This document shows, in pieces, positions 1 to 12,500 of a stretch of DNA of 64,000 nucleotides. The position numbers and the translations under genes are program-made. The notes under the pieces were generated by a model, which was given only the letters and a program-made list of their open reading frames with translations, was not told where the DNA came from and ran no database searches. This DNA is from Podarcis vaucheri (taxonomy: Eukaryota). The stretch is from the NCBI GenBank assembly GCA_965113315.1, contig OZ220367.1; one strand, written 5' to 3'. The stretch's first letter is position 1, and every line of letters begins with the position of its first letter.

Positions 1-1034
1 AAGAGGGAGGATCGAGTGCAAAGGAAAGAAGCTGCCTGTGCATGCAAGCCTTTGGATCAGTGCCACTGGATTTCAATACAGTAGGAGTTGGCTGCAGAGC
101 TGACATAAAAGCTGAGAACCTTGTCAAGGACTTTAAAAGAGCAATCTAAAAAGTTGCTGACACTATGTAAAATCATCCACAAGTTCCATTCAGATTTCAA
201 AGGATGTGTGACCTTGTACAATTTTAGCTTAAGGGGATACACCAGAGACAGGATTGGGTGTGTACTAACTAAGGGAGTTCCCAAAACCAAAACACCTGCA
301 TATACAGTGTTAAGAAAGCATTAGGCCTCCTGAATCCAGCTTAAACTGAGCTATATAATCAAGACAGATTACAACTTTTAAGTATGGACCTAGGCATGAA
401 GATGGCCCACTGAGTTATATAACTTCTGTTTGGGCATTCATCAAGCAAAAGCTAATACTGTATCAGAATTGGGTTTTAAACCCATTCTGGGTTTAACCAG
501 GCCATAAAAGTTAAAAGGTCAACCACAAGCTTGCTATATAGGTCCTCCCCCACCATGTCAAATGCTGGTTATTTAGGGTTCCTTACAAACATGTAATTAA
601 AGGAAAGTTGCAGAACTTCAGATCCTATACATGTTGAGTGTAAACCACACAGAGCTCAATTAAATATACAGAGGATCACAGCCTTATATTTTTTTATAAT
701 ACCCATCTACTCAGCCTTATTTCCAGGTAAGCCTACATAGGATTGTAGCATTAAAGGATGACTATGCAGTGTTTACTCAGAAGTAAGTCCCACTGTGATC
801 AATGGGTTTTATTCCTAGTAAGTGTGTTTAGGATTAACCAGATACAATGCCTGACATATGTAAAATTTATATGAACAAGAAGAATGATTCCCGGGTGCAT
901 TTGGCCTAGATTACTGCAGGAGAAAAGTAGTATTTAAGCTATTTAAAAGAACATAAATCCTTTTCTCTCCCCCCACCCCATGTTCTATTGTGACAGAACA
1001 AAATGAAATACATTATATATCATTTCCCACAAAT

Positions 1035-1585
1035 TGAAGAAAATGTTTGAAATAACGTTTGTGAAAAAACAGAGGCTTTTTTGTTAGGCATTTTAGGTAC
1101 AGGGATTCCGAAAGAGCAGAAAAGACTATTTATGTATGCAACAGCAGAAGCAAGAATATTACTGGCCCAGAGATGGAAAGAAGATAAAGTTCCAACCAAA
1201 GAAGAATGGCTAATGAAGATGATGGACTATGCCGAAATGGCAAAATTGACCAGGAGAATCAGAGACCGGGATGAGAAGAAGTTTAACAAAGAATGGGAAA
1301 AATATAGGATTTATTTAAGAGAACATTGTAAACAACTAAAAACTTTGGCAGGATTAGAGTAATACTTGTAATGTACAAAACACAATGGAAAAAGGTAATA
1401 CTGTTGTTAACAAATTAGTTAAAACATGGATAAGCTGAAAGAAAAAGGGATTGACATTGAAAACCAGAGAAGGGCGGTGCGAAGTCTAGGGATTCTGAGA
1501 ATCCTAAAAGTGAAGGGCAAACGATACGTTTAAATTGTAATATGTTATGTACAACTCAATTTTTAAAATTATATAAAAAAAGAAA
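1035..1585 (+). mobile_element. L1 LINE 3' fragment (ORF2 C-terminus, 3' UTR, A-rich tail)
   Basis: ORF 1081-1362 (FLLGI...LFMYAT..ARILLAQRWK...P..EEW...) is typical of a vertebrate L1 ORF2 end; A-rich tail near 1570-1585. Confidence 0.8.
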
Positions 1586-2382
1586 TAAGTTTTATGCCTT
1601 CTAATTTTCAGTACTTACTCAACATAAAAAACTGAGTTGCAAAAGGGTCATTAACTGCTCTCTAAAAATGTCTTTAATTGTGTTTTTCCTGCTGTGCGCT
1701 TTCATGCTATTTCATGCTACTGGAGACCACTTTTTTATACTGCAGAAGTAACAATGATAAAGGGAACACATGAAAAGATGCTAGGCTTCTGAAAGTAAAC
1801 ACAGAAACAACAACCACTTGTTATCTGAAAAATAAAAATAAAAAAACACGCAGTGTTTTAAAAAGGCTTTAGAAAGGCATCCCTTTCAGCATATCAGCAC
1901 GGAACTTAAAACTTCTTGGGAGCAAGAGAAAATACGGTTGTTTATATAGGTGCCACTTTCAGCACCTTGGAAACATGGGGCTGAACCCCTTTTACTTCCA
2001 GGTCCCGAGAACAGCACTGCTCACACCAAATCTTAGCAAGGCACCAAAAGAACACTCCAACCATTCTTTTCCTGAGGAGGCCGGTGGCTCAGTTCCAGAA
2101 CTCTGGGAAGGCTTCAGACACACACCAAAAGGGGGGGGGACCAGGGGCACCTTTAAAACCAACAGCTTTATTGTAAAGCAAGCTTTCATGAACTACAGCC
2201 CTCTTCTTCCATTGCACGCCTCATCCAGGCATAACACAGTTCCGTGGGAGCAGAGGGACTAATCTGGACTGGATCCAAACCTCACTTAGTCGAGCTTAGG
2301 GTCCCCCAAGGAAATCAACGAGAGCCACAACGCAGTTATTATCGCTTCGATTTCAAGGGGTGCAAGTTCAGCTAACTTAAAG

Positions 2383-2477
2383 AGCATAGCTGTCAACTTT
2401 TCCCTTTTCTTGCGAGGAATCCTATTCGGAATAAGGGAATTCCCCTTAAAAAAAGGGGAAAAGTTGACAGCTACGCT
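2383..2477. mobile_element. Short MITE with 22-bp terminal inverted repeats
   Basis: AGCATAGCTGTCAACTTTTCCC ... GGGAAAAGTTGACAGCTACGCT (one mismatch); lies in MLF1 intron 1. Confidence 0.65.
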
Positions 2478-2889
2478 TAAGGGCCTGCACCCAGATCCAG
2501 CGAGGACATGAAAGTGCAAACTTTTTTTATTGCACCTTCGCAACGGGGGCGGGGAGGCAAATTCTGCTGAAGGTGAATAAGCAAGGTTGGGGTGGGGGGG
2601 GGATAGTAAAAGAGAATTCAGCGACCTTAAAAGGAGGGTTGTGAATTATTGTTGTGTTTGAGGGTGTCCCCCCCCCCACGGTCAGGCTCCGCTCTCTCTC
2701 TTTTTGACACGTCTGGAGAGAAGGAACGTCAGAAAACGGTCGACAAGAAGAGGAAAAGGCGACGGAGAGATGCGCATCCCAGAGGGAATGTCTATGGGGC
2801 AAATGGGGGAAACGCCAACGCCGCCTTCACCGCCGACGCCGTGAGGGACGGAGCCCCCCCCCTCCACGAAGCCCCCCCCTCCCCCTCAC

Positions 2890-2936
2890 CGAAAGAAAGG
2901 ATCCTCCTCGAAGATTCTGGACCAACCCCCGAACAT
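2890..2936 (-). CDS. MLF1: MLF1 (myeloid leukemia factor 1) first coding exon; gene continues off the left edge of the window
   Basis: Minus strand reads gccATG TTC GGG GGT TGG TCC AGA ATC TTC GAG GAG GAT CCT TTC TTT CG|gtgagg, i.e. MFGGWSRIFEEDPFF, resembling the MLF1 N-terminus (MFRMLNSSFEDDPFF). It has a good Kozak context and a canonical donor, lies in a CpG island, and sits downstream of RSRC1 on the same strand as in other vertebrates. Confidence 0.88.
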
Positions 2937-3138
2937 GGCTCCGGCTCGTGAGGCGCCTCTCGCGCTTCTCCTTCAGCCCGCCGCGTCCCGCTCGAGGTGT
3001 TGCCGCCGCTGGCGGGCCTCCCCTGACGACGGGCTCTAAGGAGGCGAACCGCCCGCTCGGCCGCCACGCCCCTTTCCCCCTCGCCACGCCCCCCTCGGAA
3101 ACCGGCGCTTCTCCTTCCCATTGGCCCTGGCGAGCATC

Positions 3139-3150
3139 CAAGATGGCGGC
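3139..3150 (+). promoter_or_regulatory. YY1 motif
   Basis: CAAGATGGCGGC, the extended YY1 consensus, inside the CpG island. Confidence 0.6.
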
Positions 3151-3171
3151 GGGCGACAATAGGGCAGGAAC

Positions 3172-3185
3172 GCTGCCATGGCAAC
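3172..3185. promoter_or_regulatory. RFX X-box motif
   Basis: GCTGCCATGGCAAC is a 13/14 match to the palindromic X-box GTTGCCATGGCAAC, about 240 bp upstream of the MLF1 ATG. Confidence 0.65.
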
Positions 3186-3360
3186 GGGCTCCGAGGCAGG
3201 GCCTCCCCGCTGGGGCCCGGTTGCCTTAAGTGGTCTTCAGTTCGCTCTTCCGCCGCCGCCCCTCTCCCTCCGCCCCAAAGTTCCGGCTTCCGGGGAGAAG
3301 CTACCCGTCATATGGGTATCGCGGTGCCAAGCAGGCAGCGCCGAGTTAACATGAAGGCTG

Positions 3361-3420
3361 CCCTCCCTCCCTTCCTTCCTTCCTTCCTTCCTTCCTTCCT
3401 TCCTTCCTTCCTTCCTTCCT
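3361..3420. repeat. (CCTT)n microsatellite
   Basis: Direct reading. Confidence 0.95.
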
Positions 3421-3745
3421 CTTTATCCATCCTTGAGAGGTTTTTTTGTTTTTTAAATAAAATTTAAATAGGAGTCTGATATAACAACGAATACATAAAA
3501 AGCGTGCACATCTTACAAACGAGAGAAACCAGCAGCAGTTTTAAAAAGGATAATATATCTGAGTTTAATTGTTTTATTAATATGTAATTTAAATTGCATG
3601 CTGCTTTGATGCATTTTCCAACTCTCTTACCATTTTTGAGAGGTGGCAACCAAATCTATATACAGCATTATCAGAATAATTTGTTTTATTATCACCCCGC
3701 TTCTTTCCAAATGCAGCTGCATCATGGATTAGTGAATGCATTTAC

Positions 3746-4706
3746 ATTTAGATTTTAGATTTAGAAGGGTGTCCCAAATTTAGATAAATTTATTGTCATT
3801 GTCCGTATATACACAGTATACACAACAACGAAAATCAAACACAGACCCAAAGACCGGGTTCACACATACATCTGCACGCATCTCCGACACTCCCATCCCA
3901 TTCAGACACAATCCATAAAACACAACACAATCCAGAACATAGCATGACCCACTAAAGGCACAACATAACCTAAAACCTATCTCATTCCTTCCTACTCCCT
4001 GCTTGCTAAACCTTGCAACTGGCCCTGAGATCATTATTTAGTGCAATCAGAGCTCTTGGATAGAAACTATTCAGAAGGCGTGTGGTTCGTGTTTTCATTG
4101 TCCTATATCTTCTGCCCGAAGGTAATAGTTCAAAGAAGTTGTGAGCAGGGTGGGTGGGATCTCTCAGAATATTATGTGACTTCTTCAAGATGCGAGACGT
4201 GAAGATCTCATCCAGGGTTGGTAGTCGGAGCCCAATAACATTCTGGGCAATTTTAATTGTTCTCTGTAAAGCTTTTTTATCCGTTTCAGAGCTGCTCCCA
4301 TACCACGATAATATACTATAGGTCAAGACACTCTCGATGGTACTATGATAATAGGACAGAAGTAGGTGCTGGGATAGATTCAGTCCCCTGAGCATTCTCA
4401 GGAAATACAACCTCCCCTGCACCTTCCTCACAACCATATTAATATTTGCAGTCCATGAGAGGTCCTCCGAGATATAAATGCCCAGGTATTTAAAACTACC
4501 AACCCTCTCCACTTCCTCGCCATTTATGTGCAATGGTAAAAATACACTTTTCTTTCTCCTAAAGTCAATTATGAGTTCTTTGGTTTTTTTGGTGTTAAGC
4601 ATAAGATTATTTTCTTTACACCATTGAATTAACCCCTGTACTTCTTTCCTATAGGCAGTCTCATCGTTCTCACTGATGAGCCCCACCACTGTTGTATCAT
4701 CATTTA
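3746..4706 (-). mobile_element. Rex1/Babar LINE, 5'-truncated
   Basis: ORF 4006-4725 has DDTTVVGLI..DE.AYR.EV..L..WC..NNL.LN..KTKE.I.DFR...SGRRYR....RT.R..NSFYP.A, the Rex1 RT C-terminus; 3' UTR ends in a (TCTAAA)-like repeat tail. Confidence 0.85.
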
Positions 4707-4713
4707 GTTTGAC

Positions 4714-4847
4714 GGGCTTCCTCAACCTCGGCCCTCCAGTTGTTTTTGGCCTACAATTCCCATGATCCCTAGCTAGCCAGACCAGTGGTCAGGGATGATG
4801 GGAATTGTAGTCTCAAAACCTCTGGAAGCCGAGGTTGAGGAAGCCTG
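4714..4847. mobile_element. hAT-type palindromic MITE (squamate CTACAATTCCCATCATCC family)
   Basis: Ends GGCTTCCTCAACCTCGGC / GCCGAGGTTGAGGAAGCC; same family as 12365-12500 and 17363-17498. Confidence 0.75.
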
Positions 4848-5249
4848 GTTTAGAAGCAGTAAATGAAGGTGCTGGAAGTAGAAGGTGGCTTCTGTTTTAG
4901 GAGAGTATGATAATGATGAATAAGGAGAGAGGGGGGGAAACCCCACAAACACCTTCCCTTTATTGGTGAAATTTTGTAAGCCTTGCACACCCACCCAATC
5001 TTTTGAGGAGTGTGAGATTCCAGGGGTTTGGGAGCTTACCCAGGGTTTGTGTTTCTCATTTGGAAATGAGAAAAAACAGCAGAGACAGTGGTGTCTTTAT
5101 TTACACATATGTACACAGTGGTGTACATATTTACACATATGTACAACCTCCGATGGAGGGGTTCTAAGCATTGCACTCCAAGATGGTCCAGTTCTTCCAG
5201 TTCCTGCAACCTCTGATTTAAACTGTAAGCCCACCTTGTACTCTGACCC

Positions 5250-5610
5250 AGTGCCGGATTTACATATAAGCTAAAGAAGCTATAGCTTAGGGCCCCACTC
5301 TCTTGGTGGCCCCCCAAAAAAATTTAAAGGAAAAAAACAACTGGATGTACATTTCCAAAATATAAGATAAAAAAACCAAATAAAATAAAACCTACATTCA
5401 GCAACAATGTTTTGTGTTGTGTCGGATCCTATGATGTAAGTAATGGGCCCCACCTGGTAGCCTGCTCCCTAAAATATCACTGATTTGCTCATTTCTATGC
5501 ATAGGGTGCCTACATTCTGCATGGACTGGTTGCATGACAACATGGGCAAATGGCTTTAGATACCTATTAGGTCTATAAATTACCATATAGCATATAGCTA
5601 AATTCAGTGT
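5250..5610. repeat. Probable non-autonomous DNA transposon fragment
   Basis: Begins CAGTGCCGGATTTAC...GGGCCCC, resembling lizard hAT-like elements; right end not clear. Confidence 0.35.
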
Positions 5611-6589
5611 CCGACAACCCATCTTAACACTCCAAGCATTGAACTCCAACACTTAACTAAATCCAGGAATTATTGGTGTCTTGCACCCCCAAACTCTGGC
5701 ACCCCCAAACTCATAAGTAAGACATGGTTTATTGTTCATTTCCCCCTTTTACTTGACAAAACTAAGTACTGGATTCTTGTGATGGCAGCGGAAATATGAT
5801 CTGAATCATTAGAGGAAGTAAGCTGTCCTGCTTTAAATTACATAATCATAAATGACATTCCATTCTTAGGGCTCAGGTGATGCAATATGTTTGAAAAAAT
5901 AAATAGCTAGACAAGTATGTGTCCTTAAAACAACCTTAAAGTTACCTCCTTTGACAGAATGATGACTCAGGATGCCCAGCTGGCATGAAAAGACATACTA
6001 AGTAATAAATCAAAATTCAGTAATCTGGAATAAGAATTAGTTATGCAAAACAACCATACTTGCATCCCGTATTTTGTATCATTTATATTTTATTGGCCCA
6101 TTTGTTTTAGGCGTTTTACAGCACGAGATCAGCTGGGATGCAAGAGTTTGGGATTGGGGGATCTTGGGCTTTCTTGGCTCAGCTGGGGCTACACTGGCAG
6201 TAGTTGCTCAGCCAGCCTAATTTGCCCTAGTAAATCCTCAGAATGGGGCATTCTGGGGAAGTGGTGAGGGCAAGACAAGACAAGGACCTATACAAAGCCC
6301 TGTTCAGCATGGTCATGTGACCTATGTGCAATGCTCAAAACTTGGGCCCACCTCGCCTGCTGGTTCAGCCTGCAGAAGACCCTCCCAGGGATTCCTGGAT
6401 GGAATTTGGAATTTCAAAATTTCTTACTTAGGAATGCTCTGTTAATCTGCAAGGTTTTTTATGCTAGCATTTTATTCTACTGTACCATGTGATCTTACTG
6501 TTTAGCTGTCTTGATTTTGTAAGCTGCTATGCGAGCTTTGGCTGAAGACTGCCTTAAAAAATTACTTACAAAAATAATAACTGGAGTGC

Positions 6590-7180
6590 TTGGTCTTAAA
6601 GGATGGCATTGATATAGAAGACATAATGGGCGCCTGGTAGAAGGGAGAGAACTAGTGAGACATGGTTGTCTCTGGATAAAAACTCTACAGGAAGGACAGG
6701 GAAGGACGTATTGGAGGTGGTGTAACCTGGAGGTCAAAGAGAGCACTGAGTCCAGCAAGCTAGAAATCCCAAAAGGGGCACTCCACTGCAGAACTGTTGT
6801 GGGTAGTGATACCAGGCTCCAAGAGTAACATAGTGCTGGGGACATGCTGTTGTGCCCCTGATCAAAAGGCTCAGGAGATCTTGAGGTAAAGAATGAAATC
6901 AAGGAAACATCAAAAAGTTGCAACAATGGGTGACTTCAGCTACTGCTTTATAGACTGGTTACATAATGTGTTCATCACAACAAAGAGCTAAAATTTGTAG
7001 ATACCCTAAATGATTGTGCCCTAGAGCAGCTGGTCTGCCTGGGAGGGCGGTGACCATGGACTTAATATGGAGTGGCACACAGGACCTGTTGCGAGAGGTT
7101 GTAGATCCAAGTGACAGATAAAAGAAAGTACTTCTCCATGCAAAGCATAGTTAAACTATGGAACTTGCTTCCATAGTAGT
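6590..7180 (+). mobile_element. Degenerate, internally deleted CR1 LINE (endonuclease remnant plus 3' piece)
   Basis: Decayed motifs MGDF...IDW, KF.D.LNDC.LEQLV and DLI..G..DL..EV, followed by the CR1 3' sequence GACAGATAAAAGAAAGTACTTC. Confidence 0.6.
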
Positions 7181-7579
7181 CAGTGGAGTGCCATTTATTT
7201 CAGGCTACATGAGATTATTTCGCAGGAGTACCAACATCTCTGCTTATTAAAAAGTAACGACAAATGATCTTAAAATAGACTGTTTTGCAATGGAATATAT
7301 CCAAGAGCAGGTCCTCTGAGTATCACTGTGAATCTTTGGATGTCCCTGCTGTCAAATATAAGGTAGGCAGTAATCAGGGAAAGGACCTTCTCAGTGGTGG
7401 CACCCTACTTCTGGAATACGTTGCTAGTGTTGTTTGCCTAACACCTATTCTGAGCTGCAAATACCTTTTTATTCTACAAGGCATTTTAACTGTGAGTTTA
7501 TTTCCAGTGATTAGTTTTTATGCTGCTCTCCCACCTGCTGTTTTAGATTTTATTGCTGTTGGGTTTTTTGGTATACATA

Positions 7580-7808
7580 CAGTGGTACCTCAGGTTAAGA
7601 ACTTAATTCGTTCTGGAGGTCTGTTCTTAACCTGAAACTGTTCTTAACCTGAAGCACCACTTTAGCTAATGGGGCCTCCTGCTGCTGCCACTGCGCCGCC
7701 GCTGCACGATTTCTGTTCTCATCCTGAAGCAAAGTTCTTAACCCGAGGTACTATTTCTGGGTTAGCGGAGTCTGTAACCTGAAGCATATGTAACCCAAGG
7801 TACCACTG
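7580..7808. mobile_element. Tigger/pogo-type MITE
   Basis: TA|CAGTGGTACCT ... AGGTACCACTG|TA; inverted copy of 16509-16750. Confidence 0.85.
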
Positions 7809-7856
7809 TATTATCATTGTTGTTGTATAATGGCACTTGAGCATGTTAAATATGTT

Positions 7857-8222
7857 GGGACGCGGGTGGTGCTATGGTCTAAACCACAGAGCCTAGGGCT
7901 TGCCAATCGGAAGGTCGGTGGTTCAAATCCCCGTGACGGGGTAAGCTCCCGTTGCTCGGTCCCTGCTCCTGCCAACCTAGCAGTTCAAAAGCATGTCAAA
8001 GTGCAAGTAGATAAGTAGGTACCGCTCCGGCAGGAAGGTAAACGGCATTTCCGTGTACTGCTCTGGTTCGCCAGAAGCAGCTTAGTCATGCTGGCCACAT
8101 GACCCGGAAGCTGTCTGCAGACAAACGCTGGCTCCCTTGGCCAGTAAAGCAAGATGAGCACTGCAACCGCAGAGTTGCCCGTGACTGGGCTTAACGGTCA
8201 AGGGTCCCTTTACCTTTACCTT
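7857..8222 (+). mobile_element. Sauria SINE
   Basis: tRNA-derived head GGGACGCGGGTGG...GGTTCAAATCCC, conserved body GTGCAAGTAGATAA.TAGGTACC, and (ACCTTT)n tail. Confidence 0.88.
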
Positions 8223-10041
8223 ATTTTAAATATACCCTAGCAATGTTTCTTTGACGGACAGGATATAAATAGCTAAAACAAATAAATCACACACAGAGAA
8301 ATCTAAAATGGTGCCAACTATCCCTTCACTTCACTTCCCAGCTGATTCCTATATGCAAACACATTCTCAAGGTCAAAGCATGCCACCACTATACAAGGTA
8401 AATGGGTATCTGAATTACAACACAAATGAGAGAAATATGAACAGAGCACTTTGGATTGTTTTAAAATTGCTTTGTAGAAAATCAGTGTGTCTGAAAACAG
8501 TTAAAATCTTCCAACTGGACTGAAGAAAGATTAGTCTTAAAAGAGGAGGCTGCCTGATTCAGAACAGGACACAGCCACCTGTGGTTTTTATAGGTGAGGA
8601 AAACTGGAATAAAGAACAGCACAGAGAAAAGATTTTAAGCAGGCCACACTGTTTATTGAAAGGGCTTACAAAACAATAAATTTGCCATAAAATCACAGCA
8701 TGAGAATGCCCCCTTTAAAATGCTTATGCCATCAACATAGTAATAATAAGACATCAAGGCCAAACTTAAAACTAACAGAGATTGATTGTTCTCAAAACTA
8801 AGAGCCTGTGTAATTTTACCAAATTAGAGTTTAAGATGCTTGGCCTATAAAATACAACAAATTTTTAAAAAAGAATAGAAGTAAAAGCTCCCTCATCTGT
8901 GTCCTTTTCAGGAGATCTAAAACTCCTTAAAACAGATCTAAGCTTATCCAGGATCTCGGCCCCAAATGCCAGGCATGCTGCCTCAGATTGTGAATTCACC
9001 AGAGTTCACCCCAGCCTAAGTTAGTCAAACTCCTTCAGGGAGCCTGATGAGTGCAACGGCTCCCTTTACAGTGCTGTAGTTCATATGCCATAAATACTCA
9101 AGAGTTTTCAAGGGGTTCCAGACTTGAATTCATTTCCCAACTTCCATTCATTCTCTCCCTCAAAAGTAATTTATGTCAAGCTTTTGCTAACAGAAGTACA
9201 ACTCACTTACAACAACTGGACATCACGTGGGAATCTAGGAGGGATTTAATCACTCAGTTCAAGAGAGTATTAATTACAGTGCTTTTATAGCAAAAACATA
9301 ATCATACAATTAGTATATTACTCAGTTCATTATGTAGCTGTCGCTGTTGATTCCCAATGGCAATCCCATTTCTCAATACTGGCGCAGTTTGTTGGGTTTT
9401 AACTTTCAGCATCGAGTGCTTAGTTTTAGATAAAGGCAAGAGGATACAGAATTTGCTGGCTGTCTCTCCTAAGATAGAGAGACACACTGGGTGAGGCATA
9501 TTCTGTGTTGAGCGTGTTCTGATAACTGTTTGCTTCTGTGTTTTCCCAAACAGTAGCTTCCAAACTTTGAGTGCCACTGTTCAAGGATGTATATAAACAG
9601 TGTAACATTGTGGAAGGCTTCACTGAAGGTTAAGATGCTTCTAGCTAATTAAATCACAAGATTTTCTAACCTTTAGTTTATGCTGCTACAACTTTTGCTT
9701 TGGACAAAAGGAGAGAAGCACTTGGGATCTTTAAAATACTAACAACTTGTCTGTGGAAACTGAAAAGCTTTGAGGGGTTGGGGACAAACCACGCCCAGTT
9801 CAAAAGCAAAATAACCAGTAGGAAAATAACAGGGTCTATCCCATGCTCAAGGCTGGATTAAGTTGGCTGGCGCCCCTGGTGTAATTCACAAAATAGGGGC
9901 TCCTTCCTCAAAAAAACCCCAACAACACAAAAAAGGTATCAACAAAAGTATATAGTTTCCAGATCAAGGGAAGTAATAGCCAGTAGATATTCTAAGCTTC
10001 CACTGTTGATCACATACCCTGTGCAATTTACAGGCAATTTA

Positions 10042-10209
10042 CCATATTTTTCCATGTATAAGACTAGGTTTCCCCCCCTAAAAAATAATGTCAAAAATTA
10101 GGGGGTGTCTTATACTCTGAGCCATCTCCCCTCCATTTTCTTAAATCAGAGTCCCCAAAAATAGGGAGCATCTTATACATGGGGGCATCTTATAGACGGA
10201 AAAATACGG
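10042..10209. mobile_element. Tc1/mariner-pogo (Tc2-like) MITE
   Basis: TA|CCATATTTTTCCATGTATAAGA ... TCTTATAGACGGAAAAATACGG|TA inverted ends. Confidence 0.7.
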
Positions 10210-11713
10210 TATATCCTGTTGGCCTCCTCCTATCTTCAACAGGTGGCAAAACTGAAGAGCCCATCTATTTATCTGTTAATATTTAAAGTGAATTTCACAC
10301 ATGCCAAACACTATTATGTTTATTGGATGTCAAGAATGTTATAAAATGGGTGTATTTTTAGCAAATAGCAGTCCTTGATTCTCCCCTGAAAGGTAGGATA
10401 GATTTGACTCACTCCAAAGTTGTGCACAGCTGAGGCTTCCTATTGTACCTATTTTCAACTAATGAAACAATTCATTATTCTTCATAGTAATATACCAGCA
10501 TTTTCTTATTTATCTCACATCTTGCAGCAGTAAAATTGGCCCTAATTGAGGCATGCAGACTTTCAACTTCTGGAGTGTATTATCCCATGGAATATTTGCT
10601 ATTGCCTGGTTATATCATTTTTGCCATCTCCCACACTGAGTTAGTTGAATAAATAATGTATGCTGCATTCATTTGTAGTTGATGTCCAGAGAGTTATATC
10701 ATAAATTAGGCTAGAACACACAGCGCAGCCTTCTTAGGATGTTCATTACAGAAGAACAAAATTTCTCTCTCTTCTTTACCATTAACAAGAGAGCAACATG
10801 AAGCCTTTGGCCTGCTGTGGACAATGCGTATTTACTGATTTCTCAAATATTATTTCAGTTTAGGAGATAGAATCTCCTTCCTCACCTCCTTCAAATCTCT
10901 GAGAATGTCCTGTTGAACAAATAAGGAGGAGGAGCTTCAGAAACTTAATTATTTTTGTGTGTTTGAGGCAAAAGACACTCTTATTAGGAAGGAGCTCATT
11001 ACGAGACCCATACTAACACACTAATGTCAGTAGCCCATTTCTGAGAGTGATGTCTCTAATTGCTCAGGCCTTTCTACGATTGTTGTCTGATTGAGTTAGA
11101 TTTCTTTTATACAGATAAAAAGGATTTGGGAGGGAATCATCTCGCAGCTACAGGATTGTCAGTCTGGAGGGCATTGCCAATGAGATTAATGATGTCGCCA
11201 GTAATATATGAAAACTTTTGCATAAATGAGATTATGGAGTCTGCAGAAACCTGCCAAGTGGTATTCATTCAGAGTAAATATCTTTAATTAAAAGTTTTGA
11301 GGTATTTTTATTCCTGAACTAATGAGTTCTGCTGCGATTCCCCTTAGGAATTAATTTACCTTCTTAATTCTTATTCATTTCCAAGATATGGCTATTTAAA
11401 TCTCATTCAGAATTGGCAGCCTTGTTAAGCACATTCATCACGAACAAAAAGGTCATGTTGCAATATTGCTGGATTGTTGGTATTAATATTGTTCAGTTCT
11501 GTAAACATTATATGGAGCTTTTAATTTTTTACCATAACCAAGGGTGCAATGCAACTGGAACTTCTCCTGTGCAGGCACTCCTTAAATCGACAGGGCATAT
11601 TGCAGAAATCCCATTAATTTCAATTGTGGGGTGTGCAAGAGAAAGATTCCTGTTTAGCAATACCTACTCATCTCGCCGTCCATTCCACCTGTATCACGTG
11701 CATCCTCCTAGGA

Positions 11714-12035
11714 CAGGGGTCTGCAACCTGCGGCTCCGGAGCCGCATGTGGCTCTTTTACACCTTTGCCGCAGCTCCGGGGCGGATACTAGCGAGGGGAG
11801 GAGGCGCATTGTGCACCCTGACACTCCCCACTGTGGCGGGCGCTGTACTGGCTGTGACGTCGCATGGGAGTGGTGCGTGCATTAGTCCCGACGTCACCTT
11901 CCTGCCCACTGTCAGATCGCAGCTCTGGAGATATATTTGTTTTAAATGTTGCAATGGTTTTGCGGCTCCCAGGTTTTTTTCCCTTCGGAAACGGGTCCAA
12001 GTGGCTCTTTTTGTCTTAAAGGTTGCAGGACCTCA
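11714..12035. mobile_element. Non-autonomous hAT element
   Basis: CAGGGGTCTGCAACCTGCGGCTC at the left end and GTGGCTC...AAGGTTGCAG at the right end; GC-rich interior. Confidence 0.65.
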
Positions 12036-12364
12036 GGGCCGTGGTCATGACTTTTCCCATATTCCAGCCAAATGACCTGGAATTCATTCAGTCATTACCC
12101 ACTTAATTAGAAAATCGGGGGACAGGGCCCTTTCACCGACAGGGGTGATATGCAGCCAATTCAATTGAGTCACACATGAATATTTAGAACTTGTCTTTGC
12201 TTAAATGCCATTTTCTGCCTATATATATATTTTCCCATTATCTTTCCGTCTTAAAGGTAGGTAGACCTTCATCAATACTGCAAGAAGGAAAAAATAGTAA
12301 GTTGGATATCTTAGCTAACTGAAGCTCCTGCAGTAAGATGAACATAATATGGGATAATCTAGAG

Positions 12365-12500
12365 CAGGCACCCCCAACCTTTGGCCCTCCAGATGTTTTG
12401 GCCTACAACTCCCATCATCCCTAGCTAACAGGACCAGTGGTCAGGGATGATGGGGATTGTAGTCCAAAACATCTGGAGGGCCGAAGGTTGGGGATGCCTC
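12365..12500. mobile_element. hAT-type palindromic MITE
   Basis: Inverted ends with 8-bp TSD ATCTAGAG/ATCTAGAC. Confidence 0.8.

Larger units (their letters stand above)
2650..3350. promoter_or_regulatory. CpG island / MLF1 promoter
   Basis: Strongly GC- and CpG-rich block in AT-rich surroundings around the MLF1 ATG; contains GC boxes and an ETS-like CTTCCGG motif. Confidence 0.85.

Noticed and set aside
2527-3229. Several overlapping 60-130 aa ORFs on both strands in the CpG island
   Set aside because: Expected from high GC content; the only recognisable coding part is the 47-nt MLF1 exon, which the ORF track does not call.
5086-5145. About 30-bp tandem duplication (a smaller one lies at about 23735-23770)
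   Set aside because: Ordinary local slippage; nothing further supports a function.
7857-7940. tRNA gene
   Set aside because: It is the tRNA-derived head of a Sauria SINE; the same applies at 13111, 14364 and 63175.
11413-12075. 220-aa ORF
   Set aside because: No recognisable protein; the second half runs through a GC-rich hAT element.
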